Shown one piece after another: positions 20,106 through 29,922 of a stretch of 50,901 bases of DNA; within the stretch, counting starts at the first letter, position 1; each line of letters starts with the position of its first letter. Source of the DNA: an uncultured Bacilli bacterium. Lineage in GTDB: Bacteria; Bacillota_I; Bacilli_A; RF39; UBA660. The DNA lies in NCBI GenBank assembly GCA_947628145.1, contig CANQYU010000003.1:1-50901 (forward strand), in the 5' to 3' direction. A program made the translations under genes and the position numbers. The notes below the pieces were generated by a model. The model searched no databases. It worked only from the letters and a program-made list of their open reading frames with translations, and was not told where the DNA came from.

Positions 20106-20287
20106 AATATGCCCCTTATCTTAATAAAATTATAGCATCTTTTTCTCTTTAAAAATATATAAAATTAAAAATATATTTAAACTTTTTATTATGTTAAAAT
20201 AAAATTAAGTATTTTTTAAAATTTCTAAACTAAAATTTGTAACGAATTTAAAATTAAGAAGTATAATTAATGAACGAGGTAATAAAT

Positions 20288-20776
20288 ATGGAACCGAGAT
20301 TTGAAGACATATATTTAGAATACTATCCTAGTATTTATCGTTATTTATTAAGTCTTACTAAAAATAGTTCTCTCGCGGAAGAACTAACCGAAGAAACTTT
20401 CTTTAAAGCTTTAAAAAATATTAAAAAATACAATCCGGAATATAAAATATTTACTTGGCTTTGTACTATTGCTAAAAATACTTACTATTCTACTTATCAA
20501 AAAAATAAGAAAATAGAACCTTTAGATATAGATATTAAAGCCAATAATGAAGAAATAATTAATAAAATAATTACTAGTGAAACCAACGAAGAATTACTAA
20601 AAATAATTCATAATTTAGAAGAACCCTATAAAGAAGTTTTTACCTTAAGATTTTATGGAGACTTATCTTATAAACAAATCGGTAATATATTTAATAAAAC
20701 TGAAAGTTGGGCTCGCCTAACTTTCTATCGTTCTAAATTGAAAATAAAGGAGAATATCAATGAAAAAGAATTGTAA
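20288..20776 (+). CDS. ECF RNA polymerase sigma factor
   Basis: AEELTEETFFKA, TWLCTIAKN, region 4 LSYKQIG; RBS GAGGT. Confidence 0.92.
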   Translation: MEPRFEDIYLEYYPSIYRYLLSLTKNSSLAEELTEETFFKALKNIKKYNPEYKIFTWLCTIAKNTYYSTYQKNKKIEPLDIDIKANNEEIINKIITSETNEELLKIIHNLEEPYKEVFTLRFYGDLSYKQIGNIFNKTESWARLTFYRSKLKIKENINEKEL

Positions 20777-21665
20777 AATTGTTGAGGATTTATTACCCTT
20801 ATATCTTGATAAAGTTGCATCCCCAGAATCATGTCGTTTTATCGAAGAACATTTAAAAGACTGTCCTAATTGTCTTAAATATTTAGACAAATTAAACTAT
20901 ACTTTAAAAAATAATAAACTTGATGCTCTAAGTAGTTTAAAAAAATTTTTAAAAAAAATAAACTTTAAAATAATTAAAAATAGTCTTATTATTACTAGTA
21001 TAATTTTATTAATATTTATTCCTATTCTTTATTTTATTAGTAATTATGAGTTTACCGAAAACTATAATAAAGATATTAACATAGCTATTCGTGGAAATGA
21101 AAAACGTTGGAATTTCCAATTTTATTCTCCCCTCGCTGGAAATGGTTATGCGACCTCATGGGTTGTGATGGAAAATGGTAAACCCGTCACGTTAGTTTTT
21201 GTTACTTGGAAATATACTCTAAAAGATTATTTATCTAGTAAAAAAAATTTCCATGTCAGTAATGTCCCAGATTTAGATTATCAGTCTCTTGATTTAAATA
21301 ATGAAATACGCGTTTATTACACTAAAGAAAATTTAAATAAAATAAAAGGGGCTTTAAGTGAAGATTTACCTAAATATATTAAAAAATCTACTCTTATATT
21401 TAAAAATAATAAAACCACGACCAATTTAAATTGTACTTTAAATAATACGCAAGAAACTTATACTTTTACTTATTATGATTATAATGGTCAACTTTTAGAA
21501 GCTTCTGGCAATAATGCTATTTTAAAACATTTATTAAATCCTAATTATTATTATGAAAGTATGGATTTTCAAGATATTACTTTAATAAGTGAAAATGCTC
21601 ATGAAATCATGAATTTAATTAAAAATCATTACACTAAAAATAAAGGCACGTGTGAAATGAACTAG
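20760..21665 (+). CDS. zf-HC2 anti-sigma factor with TM and extracellular domain
   Basis: CKIVEDLLPLYLD...HLKDCPNC; overlaps the sigma gene. Confidence 0.88.
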   Translation: MKKNCKIVEDLLPLYLDKVASPESCRFIEEHLKDCPNCLKYLDKLNYTLKNNKLDALSSLKKFLKKINFKIIKNSLIITSIILLIFIPILYFISNYEFTENYNKDINIAIRGNEKRWNFQFYSPLAGNGYATSWVVMENGKPVTLVFVTWKYTLKDYLSSKKNFHVSNVPDLDYQSLDLNNEIRVYYTKENLNKIKGALSEDLPKYIKKSTLIFKNNKTTTNLNCTLNNTQETYTFTYYDYNGQLLEASGNNAILKHLLNPNYYYESMDFQDITLISENAHEIMNLIKNHYTKNKGTCEMN

Positions 21666-21759
21666 AACACTAGCCTTTTTTATTTAAATTAAAAAATAGC
21701 TTGCAAAATATAAAAAAATAAAAGATAATAATATTAATATAAAAGAAAGAAGCAAGCAT

Positions 21760-23574
21760 ATGAAAAAAATTAAAAAACTTTTAACTTATAACCTAAAAAC
21801 ATTATTAGGCTTTGAATTAATTTATAAATTATCAACTACTCTTATCTTTACCCCTTTATTTTTAAGTATTTTTAAAATAATAACTAAAGTTACCGGATTT
21901 AATTATTTAACTTTTGAAAATATTTTTAAATTTTTACTTAATCCTTTAACTTTAATTTTTTTATTTTTATTAATTCTTTTAATGACTTTTTATACTTTAA
22001 TTGATATTAGTACTATCATTATTATCTTAGATAGTTCTTATCAAAATAAAAAAATAACTATTAAAGAAGCTTTAATTTTATCCTTAAAGAAAGCTAAACA
22101 AGTCTTTAAAAAAGGTAATTTATTATTTCCTTTTCTTGTCATTTTTTTAATTCCTTTTCTTAATTTAGGAATATCTTCTAGTTTTATTTCTACTATATCT
22201 ATTCCTGAATTTATTTTAGATTTTATTATTAAAAATAATTTATTATTTTGTTTCTATCTTATTTTAATGTTTATTTTATGTTTCTTATTATTCCGCTGGC
22301 TTTATGCTATTCATTATTTTGTTTTAGAAAATTGTAATTTTAAAGAAGCTCGTCTTAAAAGTTCTAATTTAAGTAAAAAGAATAAAATAAAAGATTTCCT
22401 TACTATTATTTTTACCGAATTATTAATAACCTTAATTTATTTAATCTTTATTTTTATTGGGATTATTCTTATTATCTTTTTAATAAAAACTTTTAATAAA
22501 AGTAATATTCTTAGTAATTTAACTATTACTATTATCTGGTTATTAATTGCTATTTCTTTTGTTATTTTAACTCTTTTAAGTACCCCTATTTGTTATGCCA
22601 TTATAAGTATTTTATATTATAAACATAAAGAAAAACAAAAAGAAGAAATTAAACACTTAAATATTAATTCTAAAATAAGTAGTAAAGCCAATAAAAAGTT
22701 TACCATTTTAAAATATACTAGTCTTGCTTTAGTTTTAATTAGTTCTTCCTTATTTACCTATTCTCTTCTAAATGGTAAATATAATTTTAATATCGAATAT
22801 ATTAGAACCATGGAGGTAACCGCCCATCGTGGTGCCTCTAAATCTTATCCTGAAAATACCATGGCCGCTTTTATTGGGGCAAAAAAATTAGGCGCCGATT
22901 GGGTCGAGTTAGATGTTGCTCAAACTAAAAATCAAGAAATAATTGTTACCCATGACACCAACTTAAAAAGAACAACTGGGGTAAATAAAAATACTTGGGA
23001 AATGACTTATGAAGAAATAAGTAAATTAGATGCTGGTAGTTTCTTTAGTAAAGAGTTTGCTAATGAACGTATTCCTTTATTAAAAGAGGTTTTAGAATAT
23101 GCGAAAGCTAATAATTTAAAACTAAATATCGAATTAAAACCCACTGGTCATGAGACTGATTTTGAAAAAATAATAAGTTCTTTAATTAAAGAATATGGTT
23201 TAGAAAATGAATGTGTTATTACCTCCCAAGTTTATGAGGTTTTAGAAAATATTAAAAAATATGAACCATCTTTACAAACAGTATATGTAATGTCTTTAGC
23301 TTATGGTGATATTACTAATTTAAAAGCCGCGGATAATTTTAGTATTGAAGCTTCGAGTATAACTAAAACTTTAGTTAATAAAGTTCATAATAAAGGTAAA
23401 AAAATCTATGCTTGGACAGTTAATACAAAAGAAAGTATTGCTGATATGGTTAAATTAAATGTTGATAATATTATTACTGATAATATAACTTTAGCTAAAG
23501 ATGTTATTTATCAAAATAAAACTAGTAATTTAATTCAAGAATATATTAATTTTGTTAATAATTTATTAAATTAA
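21760..23574 (+). CDS. Glycerophosphodiester phosphodiesterase with N-terminal membrane domain
   Basis: AHRGAS...PENT, ELDV, HD, NIELK, WTVN, IITD. Confidence 0.92.
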   Translation: MKKIKKLLTYNLKTLLGFELIYKLSTTLIFTPLFLSIFKIITKVTGFNYLTFENIFKFLLNPLTLIFLFLLILLMTFYTLIDISTIIIILDSSYQNKKITIKEALILSLKKAKQVFKKGNLLFPFLVIFLIPFLNLGISSSFISTISIPEFILDFIIKNNLLFCFYLILMFILCFLLFRWLYAIHYFVLENCNFKEARLKSSNLSKKNKIKDFLTIIFTELLITLIYLIFIFIGIILIIFLIKTFNKSNILSNLTITIIWLLIAISFVILTLLSTPICYAIISILYYKHKEKQKEEIKHLNINSKISSKANKKFTILKYTSLALVLISSSLFTYSLLNGKYNFNIEYIRTMEVTAHRGASKSYPENTMAAFIGAKKLGADWVELDVAQTKNQEIIVTHDTNLKRTTGVNKNTWEMTYEEISKLDAGSFFSKEFANERIPLLKEVLEYAKANNLKLNIELKPTGHETDFEKIISSLIKEYGLENECVITSQVYEVLENIKKYEPSLQTVYVMSLAYGDITNLKAADNFSIEASSITKTLVNKVHNKGKKIYAWTVNTKESIADMVKLNVDNIITDNITLAKDVIYQNKTSNLIQEYINFVNNLLN

Positions 23575-23696
23575 GAGGTAAAAAGAAATTTTTAAAAATT
23601 ATAATTTATATTATTTTAATTAGTATTTTAGGTTTATTAGGAATAATTTATTATAATCATGAATCAAAATTAAAAAATGAAATTGAGGAGAATAAT

Positions 23697-24026
23697 ATGG
23701 AAATAATTATTAATAATGAAGAATATAAAATTACTTTAGAAAATAATGCGACTGTTTTAGCATTATTAAAGCTTTTACCCTTAGAAATGGAAATGCAAGA
23801 ATTAAATGGTAATGAAAAATATTTTTATTTAGATAGTACTTTACCAACTAATTCTCAAGTTCCTATCTCAATTAATGCCGGCGATTTAATGCTTTATGGT
23901 AATAATTGTTTAGTTCTTTTTTATAAGACTTTTAAGACTACTTATAGTTATACTAAAATAGGTCATATTTCTAATTTTGAGCCTTTAAATAATGAAAATA
24001 TTCAAGTTAAATTAATAAGTAAATAA
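23697..24026 (+). CDS. Cyclophilin-like fold protein
   Basis: LPLEMEMQELNGNEKY...GDLMLYG...LVLFY...YSYTKIG. Confidence 0.85.
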   Translation: MEIIINNEEYKITLENNATVLALLKLLPLEMEMQELNGNEKYFYLDSTLPTNSQVPISINAGDLMLYGNNCLVLFYKTFKTTYSYTKIGHISNFEPLNNENIQVKLISK

Positions 24027-24069
24027 ATATACTTGCTATAAATAATTTTTAGCATTAATATATATGTAG

Positions 24070-24720
24070 GTGAGAGTAGTGGAAGAAAGTTGTAACAAGA
24101 AATCGAGTTTTTATAATCTTTTTTGGTTATTTATTTTTGGCAGTGTTTTTGGCTGGATTTGTGAGGTATTATTTAGTTTAGTAGTTCATGGCAAATTTAT
24201 TAATCATTCTGCCTTAGTTATAGGCCCTTTTAATTTTTGTTATGGTCTTTGTGCCTGCTCCTTAACTTGTTTATTATATAAATATCGGAATAAAGGAAAT
24301 ATAGCTTTGTTTTTTATTAGTTTTCTTTTTGGCTCTTTATTAGAATATATTATGAGCTGGGGAATGGAATTAGTCTTGGGGTTCACTGCTTGGAATTATA
24401 GTCATATGTTTTTAAATATTAATGGTCGAGTTTGTTTAGCTATGTCTTGTCTTTGGGGTTTTCTAGGTATTATTTGGATTAAAGGAGTTTATCCTTATAT
24501 TGTTAAAATTATCAATAAAATACCCCGAAATTTAGGTCAAAAATTAATAATTGCTTTAAATATATTTCTAATTTTAGATAGTGCTTTAACCGCTAGTGCT
24601 ATATTAAGAGCTCGGGAATATGAAAAAGGTTTGGCTCCCTCTAATTATTATGAACGATTTCTTGATAAAACTTTTAATAAAGAATATTTATATAATATGT
24701 TTAATAATCATTGGCGTTAA
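24070..24720 (+). CDS. Putative ABC transporter permease (CmpB/TMEM229-like membrane protein)
   Basis: FIFGSVFGWICE, GPF..YG, LEY, WNYS...NINGRVCL. Confidence 0.8.
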   Translation: MRVVEESCNKKSSFYNLFWLFIFGSVFGWICEVLFSLVVHGKFINHSALVIGPFNFCYGLCACSLTCLLYKYRNKGNIALFFISFLFGSLLEYIMSWGMELVLGFTAWNYSHMFLNINGRVCLAMSCLWGFLGIIWIKGVYPYIVKIINKIPRNLGQKLIIALNIFLILDSALTASAILRAREYEKGLAPSNYYERFLDKTFNKEYLYNMFNNHWR

Positions 24721-24751
24721 CTTTATTTTAATAATAAAGTTTTTTTAGGGC

Positions 24752-24792
24752 TTGACAACTGTATATAAGCTGTATATAATAGATATATACAG
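24752..24792 (+). promoter_or_regulatory. Sigma-A promoter with YtrA/GntR operator
   Basis: TTGACA-17-TATAAT overlapped by palindrome CTGTATATA-N5-TATATACAG (24770-24792) and a direct repeat CTGTATATAA. Confidence 0.75.
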
Positions 24793-24804
24793 AAAGGCTA
24801 TAAT

Positions 24805-25182
24805 ATGGAAATAATTATTAGTAATTCAAGTAATATTCCAATTTATGAACAAATAAAAGAGCAAATAAAAAGTAAAATTATAAGCGAAGAGCTTCCCGAG
24901 GGGGAAATGCTTCCCTCCATTAGAAGCTTAGCTAAAGACCTTCGTTGTAGTGTTATTACCACTAAGAATGCCTATGAAGAATTAGAAAAAGAAGGATTTG
25001 TCAAAACTATTCCCGCTAAAGGGATTTATGTAGCTAAAATTAATTTAGCTCTTGCTAAAGAGGAAGCTTATCATAAATTAGAAAATATTCTTACGACGGC
25101 TATAACTCAAGCCAAAATGAATGATATTTCTAAAAAAGATATTATAGATATAATTAATATATTATATGAGGAGGTTTTATAA
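24805..25182 (+). CDS. GntR family (YtrA subfamily) regulator
   Basis: PIYEQI...LPSIRSLAKDL...TTKNAYEELE. Confidence 0.92.
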   Translation: MEIIISNSSNIPIYEQIKEQIKSKIISEELPEGEMLPSIRSLAKDLRCSVITTKNAYEELEKEGFVKTIPAKGIYVAKINLALAKEEAYHKLENILTTAITQAKMNDISKKDIIDIINILYEEVL

Positions 25183-26039
25183 TGGAAAATATTTTAGAAA
25201 TTAAAAATTTAACTAAAAAATATCCTAACTTTACTTTACAAAATATTAGTTTTACTTTACCTAAAGGAATGATTATGGGTTTTATTGGGGAAAATGGAGC
25301 GGGAAAGACTACTACGATTAAAGCGATATTAAATATTATTAACTCTTATAGTGGAGAAATAAAAATTTTTAATTTATCTCATCGCGAACATGCTAAACTT
25401 TTACAAGAAGATATAGGCGTAGTATTAGATGATGCTTTTTTCCCAGAAATACTTACTCCTAATGATATAAATAATTCTATGAAAGGTATTTTTAAAAATT
25501 GGGATACAAAAATGTTTTATAATTATTTACAAGAATTTTCTTTATTACCCAATAAACAAATTAAAACTTTTTCTAAAGGTATGCGTAAAAAATTAGAAAT
25601 TGCAACCGCTTTATCCCATCATCCTAAACTTTTAATCTTAGATGAGCCCACCTCAGGTTTAGACCCCGTCGCTCGCGCTGAGGTTATCGAAATATTTCAA
25701 AGTTTTATTGAAAATGTTGATTGCTCGATTTTACTTTCTAGTCATATTACCGCGGATTTAGAACATGTTGCTGATTATATAACTTTTATTAATGAGGGTA
25801 AAATTATTTTATCTAAAACTACTAATGAATTATTAAATGAATATGGCATAGTTAAATGTACGGAAAAAGAATTTCAAAATATTGCTCCTGAAGATTATAT
25901 TAAATATAAAAAAAATAAATATGAATATGAAATACTTGTCTCGGATAAAAAAGCTTTTAAAGCTAAATATAATATTAAAGTTATTGATAAAATAACTTTA
26001 GACGATTTAATGGTTTTAATGATAAAGGGGGAAGAATAA
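25182..26039 (+). CDS. ABC transporter ATP-binding protein
   Basis: GENGAGKTT, FSKGM, LDEPTSGLD. Confidence 0.95.
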   Translation: MENILEIKNLTKKYPNFTLQNISFTLPKGMIMGFIGENGAGKTTTIKAILNIINSYSGEIKIFNLSHREHAKLLQEDIGVVLDDAFFPEILTPNDINNSMKGIFKNWDTKMFYNYLQEFSLLPNKQIKTFSKGMRKKLEIATALSHHPKLLILDEPTSGLDPVARAEVIEIFQSFIENVDCSILLSSHITADLEHVADYITFINEGKIILSKTTNELLNEYGIVKCTEKEFQNIAPEDYIKYKKNKYEYEILVSDKKAFKAKYNIKVIDKITLDDLMVLMIKGEE

Positions 26040-26671
26040 TGCTCGGATTTATTAAAAAAGATTTAGCCATGGTCAAAAGTAATTTTAAATTATTAGGAAT
26101 ACTGGTTGTTGTCTACACTTTAATGGGCCTTTTTGGCGAAATGGATATTTCCTTTATTTTACCTTTTATGAGTGTTATGCTTATGATTTCTACTTTTAGT
26201 TATGATAACTATAATAAATGGGAAAGCTACTCTGCGACATTACCTAATGGCCGCAAAAATAGTGTTCGCGCTAAATATATTGCGACTATCATAATGACTT
26301 TTATATTTGCTATTATTACGCTTCTACTATCTTTTCTTATTTCTTATATAAATACTAAAACTATACCTTATGAACAAACATTAATTTCCATGCTTGGAAA
26401 TATATTTGGAACTTTATTAGTATTAACTTTTATGTATCCTATAATTTATAAATTTGGTCTTGAAAAAGCGCGAATTGGTATCTTTTTAATTATATTTGGT
26501 TTAGTTATTATTGGTGGCTTTTTATCTTCTTATTTAGATTTATCTTTTATAGGTAAAACATTAAATTTTTTAGGAAAATATATAGTATTAATAATAATTA
26601 TTATAACTATTTTAATGGTTTATCTATCTTATAAAATATCTATTAAAATATATTCTAAAAAAGAATTTTAA
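26039..26671 (+). CDS. ABC-2 transporter permease
   Basis: 6 TM, TFSYD...W...TLP...V.AKY. Confidence 0.88.
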   Translation: MLGFIKKDLAMVKSNFKLLGILVVVYTLMGLFGEMDISFILPFMSVMLMISTFSYDNYNKWESYSATLPNGRKNSVRAKYIATIIMTFIFAIITLLLSFLISYINTKTIPYEQTLISMLGNIFGTLLVLTFMYPIIYKFGLEKARIGIFLIIFGLVIIGGFLSSYLDLSFIGKTLNFLGKYIVLIIIIITILMVYLSYKISIKIYSKKEF

Positions 26672-26755
26672 AACTATTATTAATTTTAAATAAGGGTATA
26701 TTGACAATTTATTTTAAATTTTTTACAATTGTATTATAGAAAGGAGTATTAAAAA

Positions 26756-27112
26756 ATGAAATTAACTATTGATAGAATTATTGGTATAATCTTAATCGTG
26801 ATTTTATTAGGAACGAGTCTTTTCTTTGGTTTTAAGGCCGAACATTTAGAAGAGGAATTAGAAAGAAACTTAGATTACCAAATACGTAATCCGGAAGCTA
26901 ATGGTTATATTTCCGAAGAAGAAGCTTTAGCTAAAGTTTTAACTAGTTTAAATATAACTCGTAATGATATTTATGATTTAGATATTGACCTTGATTTTAA
27001 ATTTAATCTTACGGTTTATAATATTGATTTTACTTATAATCGTTATGAATATGATTATTATCTTGATGCCCGAACTGGGGAAATAGTAAAATCATTTCAA
27101 GAAAGAGATTAA
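26756..27112 (+). CDS. PepSY domain protein
   Basis: N-terminal TM; ISEEEALA...YYLDARTGEIV. Confidence 0.85.
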   Translation: MKLTIDRIIGIILIVILLGTSLFFGFKAEHLEEELERNLDYQIRNPEANGYISEEEALAKVLTSLNITRNDIYDLDIDLDFKFNLTVYNIDFTYNRYEYDYYLDARTGEIVKSFQERD

Positions 27113-27118
27113 CTTTAA

Positions 27119-29077
27119 ATGAAAAAAATTAATTTATTTGTAGTTTATTTTAGTGAATTTATTATTCTAGAAATACTTTATAAACTTTTAATTAAACAAT
27201 CTATATTTCGTTTAAGTTTAATTAATATGTTTCTTTTTATTGGAGTAGTCGCCTTATTTTTAACTATTATTACTAAATTATTTAAAAATACGAAAATTAA
27301 TAAAACTATTTATTTTATTCTTTTAACTTTTCTTACTATTTGGTTTAGCGCGGAGTATGTTATTAAAGGCTATTTTGGTTTTTATATTTCTTGGAATGCT
27401 TTTAAAATCGCCGACCAAATTGGCAGTTTTGCGGGAAAAGGAGTAATTGAAGTATTAAAAAGAATACCTGGTATATGTCTTTTATTTATTCCTTTAATTT
27501 TAAATATAATTTTTCATAAAAAAATTGATTATACTAAATTAACTATCAAAAGTAGTTTAATATATATAATTTCTTTTTTAATTTTACTTGGCAGTTATTT
27601 TCTCAGTTTAAATATAAATAAAAATGCTTCTTATTCTCCCTATGTTTTAACTTATGAAATTAATGATATTGCTTTAAATGTGGAAAACTTAGGAGTTATT
27701 AACACTTTATGTACGGATACTTATAGAACCATTTTTGGTTTTGAAGATAAAATAGTTATTAATGAAAATAATTCTAACCCAAGCGAAGAAGAGCCCAAAA
27801 TACCCGAGGAAGAACAACCTAAAGTATATGAATATAATAATTTACCAATTGATTTTAATTCCTTAATGGTAAATGAAAGTAATTCGGCTATTAAACAAAT
27901 TCATGAATATATGCTTAATGACCCTGGTACTTTCCAAAATGAATATACTGGTTATTTTAAAAATAAAAATTTAATTCTTTTTATGGCTGAAAGCTTTAAT
28001 GAAATTGCGGTTAAAAAAGAATTAACACCCACTCTCTATAAATTAATCCATGAGGGTTTTGAGTTTACTAATTTTTATACTCCGACTATTTATAGTACTA
28101 TTGGGGGTGAATTTCAAGAATTAACTGGACTTTATGCTTCTTCATTAGATATTTTATCTAAGTTTAGGGGAGGTAATGTTTCTTTCCCTGAGGGAGTAGC
28201 CACGAAATTTAAAGAAAATGGTTATCAAACTTTTGCTTATCATAATAATACTTATAATTTTCAAAATCGTGATAGATATTTAAAAAGCTTAGGTTTTGAT
28301 TATTATAAAGCTTGTAATACCGGTTTAGAAAAACTTATTAATTGTAATGAATGGCCTAGAAGCGATGTAGATATGATTAATACCACTTTTGACGAATATA
28401 TTAATGAAAATCATTTTATGGTCTTTTATGCGACTGTGTCTGGGCATTCAGGTTATACTTTTGCTTCTAATGCTATGGCGAGAAAACATCGGGAAGAATA
28501 TCAAAGTTTTAATTATCCTTATTCCGAAGGCCCAGCCTCTTATTTAGCCGCCCAAATGGAATTAGACCAAGCCCTCGAAGCCCTTATTACTAAACTTGCC
28601 AAGGCTGGTAAACTAGAAGATACTGTTATTGCTTTAGTCGGCGACCATTACCCATATGAATTAAGTGTTAATGAGGTAAACGAAATAAGTGATTTTAAAA
28701 GAGACGCGACCGTGACTATAAATAAAAGTAATTTTATTCTTTGGAATAGTGAGATGCCTAAAGTTACCATATCTAAAGTAGGTAGTCAAATAGATGTAAT
28801 TCCCACTATTTATAATGCTTTTGGTTTAAAATATGATTCTCGTTTATTTATTGGTAAAGATATATTAAGTCCCACGGAAGGCTTAGCTATGTTTTCTAAT
28901 CGAAGCTGGGTAACTAATAAAGGAACTTACTTTGCTTCCTCTGGTAAATTTGTTCCCAATGCTGATGTAGAAATAGAAGACGATTATGTAAGAAAAATGA
29001 ATCAAATTGTTAATAATAAAATAACTATGAGTCGACTTATTATCAATAATAACTATTATAGTAAAGTATTTAATTAA
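27119..29077 (+). CDS. LTA synthase family (sulfatase-like) protein
   Basis: 5 TM then AESF, catalytic Thr TIGGEF, AYH, SGH, GDH. Confidence 0.88.
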   Translation: MKKINLFVVYFSEFIILEILYKLLIKQSIFRLSLINMFLFIGVVALFLTIITKLFKNTKINKTIYFILLTFLTIWFSAEYVIKGYFGFYISWNAFKIADQIGSFAGKGVIEVLKRIPGICLLFIPLILNIIFHKKIDYTKLTIKSSLIYIISFLILLGSYFLSLNINKNASYSPYVLTYEINDIALNVENLGVINTLCTDTYRTIFGFEDKIVINENNSNPSEEEPKIPEEEQPKVYEYNNLPIDFNSLMVNESNSAIKQIHEYMLNDPGTFQNEYTGYFKNKNLILFMAESFNEIAVKKELTPTLYKLIHEGFEFTNFYTPTIYSTIGGEFQELTGLYASSLDILSKFRGGNVSFPEGVATKFKENGYQTFAYHNNTYNFQNRDRYLKSLGFDYYKACNTGLEKLINCNEWPRSDVDMINTTFDEYINENHFMVFYATVSGHSGYTFASNAMARKHREEYQSFNYPYSEGPASYLAAQMELDQALEALITKLAKAGKLEDTVIALVGDHYPYELSVNEVNEISDFKRDATVTINKSNFILWNSEMPKVTISKVGSQIDVIPTIYNAFGLKYDSRLFIGKDILSPTEGLAMFSNRSWVTNKGTYFASSGKFVPNADVEIEDDYVRKMNQIVNNKITMSRLIINNNYYSKVFN

Positions 29078-29118
29078 AAAATATAAAAGTATGATATAAT
29101 ACCTAAAGGAGTGATTTT

Positions 29119-29757
29119 ATGGAATATAATAAAATAAAAGATGCTAGTAAGATTATTAGTAGTAGTCCTTACTTAGTTAAAAATCCTACGGCTTATAAAA
29201 ATAAATGGTCTAGTCTTTTTGGTAATAATAATCCTATAAATTTAGAATTAGGCATGGGAAGAGGGGATTTTATTATTAATATGGCTAAAACTTATCCTCA
29301 ATTTAATTTTATTGGTTTAGAAATATCTGATTCTCAAATGGTCATGGCTACCGAAAGATTAGCTAATCAAAATCTTCCTAATTTAAAATTAATTAATGCG
29401 GACGCTAAAATTATTGATACTATTTTTGGTAAAGAAATTCATACTATTTATTTAACATTTTCTGAACCATGGCCTAAAAAAATTGACGAAAAGAAAAGAT
29501 TTACCCATCCTAGTTATTTAAAATTATATGATAAAATTTTTAAAAAGCATAAACATATCATTTTAAAAACTGATAATAAAGGTTTATTTGCTTATTCTTT
29601 AGAAACTTTATCTCAATATTGGTATTCTTTTAATCGTGTAAGTCTGGATTTACATCATAATGAAATACCTATACCTAATATAATGACTGATTTTGAAAAA
29701 AAATATTATGAAGAAAATCGTCCTATTTATTATTTAGACGCTTCTTTTACTGATTAA
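29119..29757 (+). CDS. trmB: tRNA (guanine-N7)-methyltransferase TrmB (variant active-site loop)
   Basis: LELGMGRG, FSEPWPK, LKTDN, MTDFEKK. Confidence 0.85.
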   Translation: MEYNKIKDASKIISSSPYLVKNPTAYKNKWSSLFGNNNPINLELGMGRGDFIINMAKTYPQFNFIGLEISDSQMVMATERLANQNLPNLKLINADAKIIDTIFGKEIHTIYLTFSEPWPKKIDEKKRFTHPSYLKLYDKIFKKHKHIILKTDNKGLFAYSLETLSQYWYSFNRVSLDLHHNEIPIPNIMTDFEKKYYEENRPIYYLDASFTD

Positions 29758-29922
29758 AAAAAGATGTATTAAAAAAAAACATCTTTTTTTTAAATTTTTA
29801 ATTTTTTTAATATTTCTTTAGAAGAATTATTCCTATTGCCACCTATTTTCGTTATAACATATAAACATCTTTTTTTCATATAATAATGATGTTATAATAT
29901 ACTAAATAAAGGAGAAACAAGT

